Both the position numbers and the translations under genes were made by a program. 64,000 nt of DNA from Phoronis australis (taxonomy: Eukaryota; Animalia; Phoronida), in NCBI GenBank assembly GCA_002633005.1, contig NMRA01000570.1, positions 62,001 through 126,000 of the forward strand, given 5' to 3'. Below the pieces are notes generated by a model that saw only the letters and a program-made list of their open reading frames with translations, searched no databases and had not been told where the DNA came from. Positions within the stretch are counted from its first letter, which is position 1, and every line of letters starts with the position of its first letter. Positions 35,798 to 48,400 of the stretch are shown here, piece by piece.

Positions 35798-38037
35798 CTC
35801 ATCGTCGAGCTGCTGTTAATGAGTGTCTGAATGTAATTTGTGCTTCTTTTATCCAGTGGGATACATTTACCTGTGTAGCAGACGTCCACAAATCTGACCG
35901 GTCACATGACGATGCTTGCTGCCACCTACCTGTGTTGGAAGGTACTTCTAATTTGCTGGTGTATAAAATACAAAATTGGGCATGTTGCCACTAGAGGGCA
36001 GTAAAGGCTGTCGTCCTCATCATTGCTTTGTGGCCGTCTGCCACGAAAGCTTCAAAGGGTATTTCCTGATGCTTGCCTTGAAATGTTTATTTTCCTTGTA
36101 TTGTATTGTCCACATAATGCTGTTCCTTAAAAATGATGGTTTGGACTGAACACTGCGCGTTTATTGTATGTCCGTTTGAAAAAGGCCTCAGTTAGTGTAA
36201 GAATAAGTTATTTTGTGAACACAGCTATGCAAACTTATGGTTCACTGGCGTCCGATTTCCACGCAGTGTTGTTGCATATCTTGTTTGTTTTTGTTTTTGT
36301 TCTGACTCGCATCGTTTTTCATTTTGAGCTGACATAGCTTTCAGATCGCGTAGTTGGAGTTGGTATTCCAGTGGTAGAGATTGAAGATGTTAAACAGGGT
36401 ATCTGACTATGGGTGACCATGGAGTGGTATTCCTCCATAATTATGATGTACCTGTGACTGGGGGCAGACCTATTGAACCCATCTCAGAATCTCTTGTATG
36501 CCTCCAGCTTCTCTGTAGCTAGGTATACTGGTGATCCGGTGGCTTAATTGACAAGTGTCTAAATACTCACTTGTGTACAAGGATATGATGGTGAAAGTTA
36601 CTTGATTGCTTATTCTAAATAAAGGCACCCCAAAATTTAGGGGTCTTTCCGTATTTCTGATTTTTGAGAAATATCAATTTTTCATGTTTAAAAGTAATGG
36701 AAATGGGATAAAGGCTGAAAATTTCTTTTTCTCAAATCAGAAATTACGAATTTATCACCTTTTTCTCTCAACTTTCCTATGTCTCAAATTAACGAGAAAT
36801 ACTGCATACGAAGTACCAAATTTTTTTACCATGTTAGAGTCAAAACATTTGCTTCATGGTGTATGAATCACACAAGACTGAGTTAGTAGAATTTCACTGT
36901 AAGTGTGTAAGAACTATTGATTAAAAAGTGCATTAAGTGTAGCCACTTTAAAACTGATAGCTATTTTAGTAAATGCAAAAATATCGTATATGTTTCTTCC
37001 CTCATGATATTGGGTTCTACATAATCTTGGACAATGACAAAATATTTTCCATGCTTGGAAAAGTCATGAAACATGAAAAAAAGAGAAAACTCCAAGATAA
37101 ACTGATGGAAAATTTCATAAGTTAAGCAAAAAACATAATTTCCGAGTCGCATCTTGAGTTCTTACATTCGTGCAACAACAATTGTTAAAAAGCTTACTCT
37201 TCGTGTGCAAACTTGGGAATAATGAAATACTTACAATGTGGTGGAAACTGATGAAAAATTGAAACACTTTACGAGAGAGAACCAAGTTACTTCCTTTGAA
37301 TTCCTGGGCTGCGTGTGTAGAGTAAGTTTCTTGCGAGAAAACCAAGATCGCGCAAGTCTTTGGGAAGTATCGCCATGTATTTCCAGCAAAGTATGTGATT
37401 GCAATACCTGTGCAACCCTGGGCCCAGGGTTTAATTTCTGAACTTGGACTTTACTTAGCCTCAAAACTAATCATGTTGTGTCATTTGAGAGCAAATTTTC
37501 AAGATTCTTCAAAACGTACCATGTGATTGTTCGATTTTCTAGTAAAGCTTTGAGAGGAGAGATTCAGCCCTGGTCTTCATTTGACAGTGCCCAAGGCGTA
37601 CACGCAGCTTTGTAACGTGTTGTGCATGCCTGTTGCAAACCTCTAGCTGTGTCCATGGTGTGGTGGGCGTGTACGCTCTTCCTGACCAGTCTACCTGCCC
37701 AGTAGGGTAGTCTTCATTTCTGATCATTTCCGTGGATATGTAATTCCATTCCATTTAGACTTTGTTCTGTTTGGTGCATGCCACACTGAAGCATTGACAA
37801 TGCGTTTTAGTTTGACCCTGAAAGTCCCTTCCTCAAAACTTTCTGGGTTGTTTAGGGACTGTGTCTGTATATATTTTATGTAATGCAATGTATTGTGGGT
37901 TCCAAGTCTTTTCAATAGGTGGACTACTTGAACGGATCTCCATGTAATTTCAATGTCTAAGTCACCTCTGCACTTTACACAGTCTGATCATCCTTTGTGC
38001 GATAAACGACCACTGTAAGCAAGCTGTGAATACAGTA

Positions 38038-38202
38038 CAGTAAAACTCGCATAAGTCGGACATGTATAAGTCGTATTTTGGACAACATTACGCTGTACGG
38101 TTGTTCTAGTTGGTGCCCTTGGCCCTCCCGGTGAGTCTGATTTCGCCTTACTGGGATTAAATCTCTTTTCCTCATTAGATGTAACTAATGCGAGGTGTAC
38201 TG
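38038..38202. mobile_element. Tc1/mariner (pogo/Tigger-like) MITE
   Basis: TA|CAGTAAAACTCGCATAAGT...ACTAATGCGAGGTGTACTG|TA; 16/19 TIR match, TA TSD. Confidence 0.75.
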
Positions 38203-40486
38203 TATAGAGCTTGTGCTATTTCTGGAGAGTGTTGTTACACAGTGGGACCAGTCTTGGTTCACCTTAGTCCATGTTAATGTTGATGTGTCATGCATTCTTT
38301 AAATGCCATTCCACTCGGTCATGTGTCAAAAATTACACACAGTCATATGATTTGTTACAAAATTGGATGTACCTTTCATCTTTTATCTTGTGAAGTGAAT
38401 CGTGTGCGGCACCATATCCCGAAAAATTGGGCCATAGCACTGGTCTGCAAAGGATGATTTGATATACGAATTCTCCAGTTTGGGACAGTGAAAAATAGTT
38501 TTTTGCTCATTTTTGCAGCAGCTGCTACGTAATTTTTGAAATGGGCAATACTGTCAGTCTCGAATACAAGAATTACAACCAACGACAAAGGATCATTGGC
38601 TTTGTTACACACTATGGAGATAAATGAAAACTTGACTACCAATTTTTCAGTCACTGTTGATTCATAGTGTGGAGTTAAATATTTGAGAAATATGATGAAT
38701 ATCAAAGTCGCCCATGTCGCAATCTTCAGAATCGAGAAAATTGGTTTCGGATTGAATTTGGGTGTTCCCAAGTCTAGAGACTGTCTCAAATTGAAGATTT
38801 CCCATAACGTCCAACATAAATGGAGTTTCAGAAGAACGCCTTTGAGAGAAATGTGTGACACATAGATTTTTAAATTTTTATTTTTAATTATGTTGATTGT
38901 GGTGTTGTATGGGTCCAGCCTTACATTGTTGCACTCTGTAGGCAGCTCCTCCAACAACCTTGCATTTATTTACTTGCAAGGGCAACCAAGTGGTAGGCAC
39001 CTCTGTTTTCAAGTTGACAGTCTTATTTACCCAGTGTTGCATGATGGTCACGGCACACTGTTTTTCGAAGATCAGGGATTATTTGACATATAGGTGGTAT
39101 TTAAAAGACTACTAAACGTGGTTTTCAAATAGTATTGGATCATCCCTGCACAATTGTCAAACAAGAGGATGTCCTGTCACTCTTATCGTGCCTCAAAAGT
39201 TTGGAATATGTTAAAGAACTTGTTACAAATTCTGCTGTGAGGGCACGTAATGTCTGTTGGCTAAGACTGTCACCCTTGAATGGCAGGATCCACTTGGGAA
39301 GTTTTTTTTTGCTTAACAAGACTTGTATCTCTCAGGAGCATTGTTCATGCAGAGATGACCACGGGTTCTGGGTAAAATTGTTATAACTGGGCTTAGTATC
39401 CTTTTAACAAGCCCCTACTAGTTTTTGATTTTAGGGTATGATACAAAGTTGTTGTATGTCTGTGCCGTATGATGGCTTGTCACCAAGGAGACTAGTTGGC
39501 ACATAGGTAGCAATTAGTCTCTTGGTGACCTATATAACTTTGGCAGCAGTGTCTTACATCCAGTATATGTCAGAGGTTTTTTGTTAAAGTCTGGGTTAGA
39601 TGCCACTATTGTTTGTATAAACTGCCATCAGTATTTGTGTGTCAACACGACTTCAGATAGGGCACATCTTTCAGGACTTCTTTTCAGCACCATTAATTAA
39701 GTAGCGCCTGTTCAAAAATTGGCAACTGGTCGGTATTCCTTCAGACAGTATCACTCTTTCTAAATTTTGTGGGGCTCAATTTTTTTCATCACAAGACATA
39801 GTATATATTGACTAGCACAAAATTTTAGTTACGTATGAAAAATTTAATTTCCCATTCCCGTATCCAGTTTATTTTTAAATCATCAATTGTGTGCAGTGAG
39901 TGCGTGAAGTTGCAAAATGGAACCCTGCTGTAGAGTTGGAGGAAAGTTGGAAGGCAATGCATCTTGGGATTTATAGTCTCAAATCAAAGTTATATTTTAA
40001 TTTTTTGTTTTTTTTTGGGTTATAGTAAGTGAAGGCAATATTGATTTAGATAAAATCAAAAGTCCACTTATGCAATCGCCAACTTTAGTGTCTTGTAAAA
40101 TGTATTTATAGTATTTCTCCTGAAAGCATTTTACGAAGTTGAGTGTTACCTCAACTGATACTTGGGTATTGGCGCGATTTTGTCTGCCAGTCAATTCCAA
40201 CCACAGTGATCCTGTTTAAGAGTTTAGAGGCTAGACCAGTATAATTGTTGCCATTCCCAAGTGCTAAAAGTCGAGAAATGGGTACTGTTGCTAAACTCTC
40301 TTATTTCTGTGAATGTTAAAGTGACCAAAAGGCATGCTTCATGACAGTTTCATTATGAGAAACAGTTCTATCATGACGTTTTTGATGTTGTCTCTCAAAA
40401 ATTAATGTCAAGTGAATCTCCAACGTGCAACATATAAACCCTTATGCAGTTCAGTTGTGTAGTGATGTCAGTATTTGATACGGTGC

Positions 40487-40492
40487 AATAAA
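40487..40492 (+). terminator. Candidate IP6K polyadenylation signal
   Basis: AATAAA followed by GT-rich ctcgttggtgttttagt, ending a T-rich tract that starts at the stop codon. Confidence 0.5.
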
Positions 40493-40701
40493 ACTTGGTG
40501 ATATCGATGCCTTAGTACTCGTTGGTGTTTTAGTCAGCTCACAGGCAAGCTTGCACTGCACAAATACCATAAACATACACATTTGAACCAATGAACCTAG
40601 TATGTAAGTCGGCATTGTGAGAAGGTATATATTTCACATCGGCAAACTTCAACTTCTGTATTTTGTAGACAAATGACAATTTCCATCCGATGAAACTTTA
40701 A

Positions 40702-41537
40702 AACAAGAGCAACGCAGAGCGTTGAAATGCGCCCACAATTGCACCGTATACGGTATCCTTCTAGGGTTGTTTATTGGTACCATAAAGTGGCCAGTAGAGG
40801 GCATATATGTAGTATGTTGTACTTTGCAAAATGGAAAGGCATGGTCATTGTCTCCTCAATAGGCTAGGTTTCAAAATGTGAGTGATCATAATAATAGCAC
40901 ATCCTATGCATCAGTTGCTTAAAGCACCACAGAAACATAGACTTAAAAACAAATTTGCCAACATACGAGATTAGCACAGCATTAGAATGCCAGAAACAAA
41001 TTTCTACTTGGAACTTTTTCATCATAGTCACGAAGTAACACAAAGTATACACCTGGGCCCAGTTGCATAAAAGTTATACGCCGTATAGCAACAATGACGT
41101 AGCATTATCACGCGTCACGTTGTTATTGTTGAACAATGCACCTGACGTCATGCAACAATTAAACTTATCCAGCGGATAACTTTTAAAGCTTTATGCAACT
41201 CAGCCCTGAAGACCTATGAAAATACAGAGATCAAAGTGAAATACTTAAATTGCCACTAGAGGCATAACGGTAGTCAGAATCATCCTAAAGTTGTCATCGT
41301 CCGTTGTCAACATCACATAAATACACTTGCTAAATTTAGTAAAGATCCTACAAACGGTTTGGGAGANGTTCGCACATGCCGTCCCATTCATGAATGGAAC
41401 ATATGTGCCAAATTTCATGAACATATGTCAAAGGGTTTTGGAGATAGAGCAGCGGACGCCGGACGGACGCCGCCCGTACGGACGGACGGAGATGACGGCA
41501 TAATGCGTCCACATATAAATATGTGGGCGCATAAAAA
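40702..41537 (-). mobile_element. Helentron-associated non-autonomous element (HINE/DINE-1-like)
   Basis: Subterminal inverted ATGCGCCCAC / GTGGGCGCAT, terminal hairpin CAACGC-aga-GCGTTG next to AACAAGAG, stem-loop ATGCGTCCACAT..ATGTGGGCGCAT, (GGAC)n microsatellite, A/T-run flanks. Confidence 0.8.
41056..41205. mobile_element. MITE nested in HINE (PIF/Harbinger-like)
   Basis: TIRs GGCCCAGTTGCATAAA / TTTATGCAACTCAGCC with a 3-bp CTG TSD. Confidence 0.7.
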
Positions 41538-41864
41538 TGATGAGAATCCCACATCACATGACCTACACGCGGGTCCAAGACTTACGTACTTATTAATTCC
41601 TGTATTACAAAGTGAAGAGACCTGGGTAGAGTTAAGTAATGCCAGGACCTTGATAAAATCTAGCCAAAATCATGTTATTTAACTTTAAATACAAGGTTAT
41701 CTCTAGTAATGTTGCGAAGTCTTGCTTTTTAGCGAGGTCTCAGCATTACTGAACTCTACCCACAGGTTCCATAAAACCTCGACGTTTTCAGAATTTTTTA
41801 ACGAGTATTCAGACAGGATTTTCACACTATAATAAGTACAGTAACATAGTGACAGTAATTATTC

Positions 41865-41870
41865 TTTATT
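41865..41870 (-). terminator. Candidate distal TRPN polyadenylation signal
   Basis: AATAAA on minus at the end of a minus-strand U-rich tract; a second AATAAA lies at 43592-43587. Confidence 0.45.
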
Positions 41871-43346
41871 GCACAACCACAAATCCTTTACAGATAGTTT
41901 AGCTTAATGTACAAACTTTACATTGCATGGGAAATAAAATTAATCTTAAATAAAGTGTAAAGCTATATCGGTTAAAAATTAATACCATCAACAATGAAAA
42001 GGATAAATTTAGGTAAAATCAAACTCTGATAAAAGTTATACCTATGTCTGGCTGGGTGAACACCCACCCCCAATTTAGTACTGTCCTCGAGGTACATGTC
42101 TAAATAGTGGATGTCGAACATAGGCAGTTAGTTACGCTTCTGCAATCGCAAAATGAATGACTGGGTAAAAAAGCCTCCCCCTACTTTTGTTATTAAACAC
42201 ATACGGTTAAGATTAATACACACCTGATTTATGATTTTCTCAACTTAACTGTGGTGGGCATGAACCAAAATAAATACAATAAAGATCAACACAGAAGCAC
42301 TCACAGCATATTGTGATTCCAGTTTCTCACTTCTGTTCCATTGCAAGTCAAACTCATGCATATTTGCATATTTCCAATGCTGGTTTCTCATTGGCTAACT
42401 ATGGGTGGTCGAAGCTCCACTGAAACCCCCCACTGATTCCTCAACAATGGTGGACGAGTTTCCGCAAGATGGAGATTTGCCCACTGCAGTACATGACAAA
42501 GCTGATTCACTCTTCACAGATTGTGTATGGTGAAATCTCACCAATCTAATGCACAATATGGCAAACAAAAAAGTGAAACTCTATTTCTTCATATTTTCAG
42601 ACAACTAGCACCAAATACATGATTCATCATTATAAGTTCCCTACCACAGCTGCTGTGAGACAATGTTGGGAGACTTCGGAAAACGAAAAAGGTTCAGTTT
42701 TGGCTATTGTCTTTTTTTAAATTAGTGAGATTTTACTGTAAAATGGTCGCAACCTCTAGCAGTAACTCAGCTGAAGCTAATCAAACCTTTCTTGCTAAGA
42801 GGAAGCATCAACACACTGTTGCACTGAACAAGTTTTTCCATTGACCAAGAAAGTAAGTTTTCGCATGTCTACAACTTTTCAACACAAGTGGAAAACCAGT
42901 ATTTCTTAAGATTTAGGGTTGACATTTTGACAAGCTAAAAATCGAATTCAATAATTGAATTTGTCAGTTTGGTTTCTTCCATATTCACAATCTTAAACAC
43001 CCTCGCATACAAAAATGAAAATTCTGAATACACATGTTTTAGACATAACACCATCATGTACCACACGGACAGAGCACAGACATATATCACAGACTTGAGT
43101 TACAAATATATCAAACACTTGTTATTAAGGCTAACATATCAACTATTAAACATACCTTGAATAAATTAAGCATACATCACGCATTCCAAAAACTTTTTGA
43201 CAGCATAATTATTAATACTTACAACTACACACCTGGATAATAACCGACTAGATTAAATGATTCAGTGTTTCACAAAAAACGTGTGGCTTTAAAGTTAGGT
43301 AAGGCCCTATCAACAGGTATTTGTATTTACCCAAATATCTACAAAA

Positions 43347-43458
43347 AAGCGCTTCCCATTTAAAAAGGGACTTTCCCATTTTGTCCCAAACTGAAATGTA
43401 ATATTACATTTCAGTTTGGGACAAAATGGGAAAGTCCCTTTTTAAATGGGAAGCGCTT
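43347..43458. repeat. Perfect 112-bp spacerless palindrome
   Basis: 56-bp arms are exact reverse complements about 43402/43403. Confidence 0.97.
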
Positions 43459-44340
43459 AAAACTAGATTTTAACTCCGAGTGAAAGTATATATTTTCAGA
43501 AAGCAGAAAGTATGAATAACACGACTAAATATCGACTGATATACCAGTAAATGTTACTGATGAAATCTCAAAAGCGCTGTAACAGTTTTATTAATTAACA
43601 TCTCATTTTTAATTAATTGTTTTAAGCAACTTTAGATTTCTTTCATGAAAATCATAAATGTCCTATTTGTTGATTGCCTTTCATGCAAAACTGAAAGATT
43701 TTAGTAAGAACTCCTAAAAGCATTATGGCGAACAGTGTATCTGAAAGTTGGATATGACAAATGACAAAAAAATGTCCAGGTCATGTATCATTCTACAAAT
43801 AAATAGGATTAAGTGATAGAAACTTTTTTGTGTTGTAAAATTTAGCTGAAATGAATGTTTTTGCATGACTAAAGTCAAAATAATGATAAAGAGACAGAAT
43901 AAGAGAAAACTCAAAATCAAATAAGAGGAAATCGAAACCAAAAAAGACTAAATCCTCTTAAAAGAAGAAAATTCCAAGCCCTAAATTGAATGCAATCACT
44001 ATTTCTGAGATATAATGTTCCAAAGTTAAGAAAATCTTGACATTTTTCTATGGTCCTACATTACTTGAAGTGTGTCTAAAAGAACTTGTTAAGGATATAA
44101 AACATTTAATGGCAATCATCTCCGACATTTCAACAATGAGACAACTGTGCAACACACTTAGTTCCATAGACTATGGTCATTTTACCTGTAAAAATAAGAC
44201 AAATTCCAACACACGTCGTTACAGCCTTTCACACAGCATTGATTTCTGAAAGACAGCATTGGATTTTCTGTGCTGCCTAAAACTGAAACATGATACTAAA
44301 ATTATTATGCAAAAATGAACCACTAGATCACATTATTACG

Positions 44341-44650
44341 CAGGGTGTCACTCATATTGACAAGACACCCGCAGGCATGTACCAAAAATTGTGGATAGAA
44401 GGTATTTTTTATCAAGTTTTGAAGGACCCACGCGGGGTCCAATAGGCGCCTAAATTTTCATTACGTCCCCACAAAAGACCCACTGCATTGGCCTCAGCCC
44501 TTCAAAAGGCGTACTTGCCTTCGTCCTACAGAAAAATCTACCCCACAAAAGGGGTAGGGAATTCGCAGACCTGGTACCCGCAATAGGTGGTCTCTGCCCA
44601 ATTTTTGGTACACGCCTGCACGCACCTTGTCAATATGAGTGAAACCCCAG
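44341..44650. mobile_element. MITE (CAGGG-ended, hAT-like)
   Basis: CAGGGTGTCACTCATATTGACAAG / CTTGTCAATATGAGTGAAACCCCAG plus inner inverted GCAGGCATGTACCAAAAATTG / CAATTTTTGGTACACGCCTGC; TSD unclear. Confidence 0.7.
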
Positions 44651-45489
44651 GCATTATGGTCCTCAAAATATACAAGTCACATTTATGTAGCAAAACATGG
44701 ACGTCCTTAAAAAAATCCACTACAGAAATCGGTAACAGCAAGAGTGCTACACAGTCTTGACAGTATTTATAAACATGTAATAAAAGTTACCAGCAATCAG
44801 ACAAAAGAACATTTCCCATCATGACAACTGCTTGTGTGTTAACAGCAGCAAATTTCCAATGGTTTAGCCTCCTTCTTAACTCCCCTGTTAAATTCCATCA
44901 TTCTCGGCCAATCATAGAGGACTAGTCTGGCAATGAATTGGGGTTCTGCCAGCCATCTGATGGGAGTTCTGGGTAATTTCATCTGAATACATTTGGCGTG
45001 TACTGTATTGTGGAACTTGCACATTAATTCCTTATCTCATTGATTGCTTGACCAAATTAGTTAGAAACACAACATATGAAGTGAATATGAAGTAGGTTGA
45101 AAAGTGCCAAATGTTTTTAAGAATGAGTTTTGAGGCAAAAATGATCTGCCGTATATCCCTGAACCGTGTCCAGTATCGTGACGTGGTGCTCGGGAATAAC
45201 TCACGATGCGGGCTATGTGAGCCCACGAGGTACGTCATTCGTGCAAAGGTTACCTATTTGCAGAATTTTTTGTTTTCATTTATAAGTTGTCAGTGCATAA
45301 AACTGCACTTTGTTTAGCGTACATTACGTTCAAATAGCATTGCCATTTACTTCCTGCTATACATTAGCACAGTTAGGAGGATGCAAATACATCCATAAAA
45401 GACCATTCCACAGTTAATAACCACACAATTCTCAGATCTGACTGCACGTACAAAAGACTGCCCAAAAACATCCTTCAGAAATATCAGAA

Positions 45490-48400
45490 TTAGTCCTGCT
45501 TCACATTTCCATTGACTTCCCTGGTCTCATTGACCTCTTTCACCGTTCCCGTGGTGACAGGTTCACCGCTGCCAGCCTTCTCTTCACTGTCATTATCTGT
45601 CATCCCTTGCATCACTAAATACTTATAAACCACATTCTCCCAGTCTATCACATCTTCTATTCGCTGAGGGCCATGAGCACCAGCACTTCGAACAAAGCCA
45701 CCTACAACAAATGTTAACATTTTAAGATGCATTTTGTCCTATTTAGCTTTTTGCGATACCAACTCAAACCTTAACCAATGCACATATTACGCGCCATTTT
45801 CGAATTCAAAATTTTAGGGTTGGCCAACTCCAAATGAACTCTGAAACATTTTCTTTTTTGGTGTTCTTGTTGGAAATAGGATCCTATCACTGTAAGGAAT
45901 ATCACGAGGCTGATTTTATGAGCCTAAATTATTTGATTTTCGTTTTAAGCCAGCTGAACAGGGCAAAATGTAGCTCTTACATCTGACTGATGTAACTAAT
46001 CATTAATGATAAATCATTACTATTCTGTAACAAAGTGATTATATTTAATTATAATTGTGCCAGTTGAAAGTACAACATATAGAGCATGTAACCATAACAA
46101 CGCAGGCTTTCAAATCATTGGCTACAATTTGCCTTCTGTCGAAAATGATTTTTAATTTAGACCACTTATTAAATGTCTTACAATGAAATTCAAATTGTAT
46201 TGTGGTTTTTGGGCTTGGGAATTGAACTAACAGTTTACTATAATAGTTTCAAACCAATTTAAGCTCAATAAGCCTGCTTGACCCTGCTGGTCATTTTATG
46301 CCCTATAAGAATTATCTCGACCAATAACAAACTGCCAGCCCTTCCCAAGTCACAGAGATCACTTCTAATCCCAGTAAAGAAGAAGTTGGGACCAGTTTTA
46401 ACACTGTAAGTGGTCCGTCTAAATCAAAAGTCATTTTTTTCAAAGGAGATATTTAGAGCCACTTCTACAAATAATTTGAATAGCTTTGTGTAGCTGTGAT
46501 CCAGAACATCACTGACATGAACTTAGTCTAGTAACAATCACTCTCCTAGTGTGTAACTTACGAACTAACAAAACAACCAAGGTAACATGATACAATCATA
46601 ACACTCACTCTCTGGAACTATTTGTGTGTTGCGTCTCACGACATTTCTCAGCCAGTTATTCCCAGACGAGTGCGCCATCATATCCATGGAGCGAGAGTCA
46701 GATATGGCGTCCAAGTCCTCTTCTTCATTGATATATTCCTGGGCATGGGCACTACAAATTTTACCTACAACAAAAATGTCAATGTTTTATTTTTTCTTTT
46801 TTTTGGAAACATCTGGGTTGGATTGCTCCATATCTTGTCAATACATTGATCAAATTTGAGTGAAAAAGATCTACTTAGGAAATACTCCCCAAATAACCCA
46901 ACGCTTGTGGACTCTTGTAGCCAAAACATACCGGTGAGTCAAAATTTTGACTTCGGAAATTCAAGAATTTAAGCAAAACACGACTGAACTGCCATGTTCC
47001 TAGGGTATAACAAGCACAATATAATTTCGTTGACAGAAATACAGGATTAAAGACATTTCAAGTCTCCAGCAGCTTAGAGTAAATTGTAAGTATTGGTGAA
47101 CTGTCATAATTTCGCATCCCAGATGACATTTAAAAGTCCTATAACACAGCGCTAATTAAGCCAAAAGTCAAACTTCAAACTGGAATAAATCTCCCATTGA
47201 AGCTGTCATTGATCTCCATTTGATTCGTGGTTTTATGACACGTAATTACAGGAATGTGTTAATAAATGATAACAAAGAGTTCTGCCATGAAACAAAAAAC
47301 AAAACAGAAGTTTTCAAGGATGTCGCTGTTATGGGGCATTAAGATTTATTTCCTTCTTATGTTTGTAACCCAAACTCTATACAAGCTTTCAAGTTGGTAA
47401 CAAGAAATTCAATTAGAACTGAGCCTCATTCAATCTATTTATCTTGCTTTATACACGGACAATACTACAGGCATTTCACAGGAATAAACACTTGACGGTT
47501 CGATGACGATACATTAAAATACAACTCAAATGCCATAAATAAATGAAACAGCATGGCTGCTGCTTACCTCTGTGCTTGATGGCAACTTTACAGTAAGTGA
47601 ACAGTTTGGTGAAGAGATTCAGAGGTGACGGTGTGGCCGATGTTTTGTTCATGTTTCTGATCAGCTTCGCTCGTCCAAACTTCCACTCGGTATCCGACTG
47701 CGCCTGGATACGCTGATAGGTGTCCGACATCATAGCGATGAGAAGATTGATTAACACAATCAATGTAACCAACATGTACAACCCGAAGACTCCTTTCACA
47801 ACTGTTATCGCCCAAATTGGGGTACGGTTAACTAAAGGCAGGTTCTCAGGCTCAACGAGTCCAAACAAGGAGAAGAATAACATCTCAAATGTGTCGATAG
47901 GCGTGAGAAAGGCTACCTGACCCCCATCTCCTGTACCATCCCCAAGTGTGGCATTCACTGGTGGCTCTGGAAAAACGGGTTGATAGACCGCGGCTAGGTG
48001 AACGGTGAAGCCAGCGATGAAGATTAAAAGAATGACAAGAAAACGGACCAGATCTTGCATTAAGTCTTGAATGATGATGGCCCAGGGACCAAATAAATGG
48101 TGGAATGTCAGGAAGTCTAACAACTGAACGAAGCACAAAAGTAGGGCTCCAGCAAAGAACTGATTGCGAACGTACAACATCTCATACCGCTGATTAGCGT
48201 GGGTGTCTATAGGGAAAGCTATGCCTACGAGATGACAGGCTATTCCTATGGCACAAATTCCAATGATGATGACGCGTATCCAGCCAATGCCGGCCCTGTC
48301 GCCAGGATTGGTCAGCTCGGAGACCAGCAGCCCAGACAGCCATGCCAGCAGCAGCCACTCATACCAGTACGGTAACATACTACTCGACTCGTATATAGGA

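Noticed and set aside
35795-35830. Stop-codon readthrough of IP6K (TAG C)
   Set aside because: Only 10 codons to the next stop and no recognisable readthrough or targeting signal.
38376-38957. 193-aa minus-strand ORF
   Set aside because: Non-ATG start, AT-rich composition, no motifs or splice structure; antisense to the inferred IP6K UTR.
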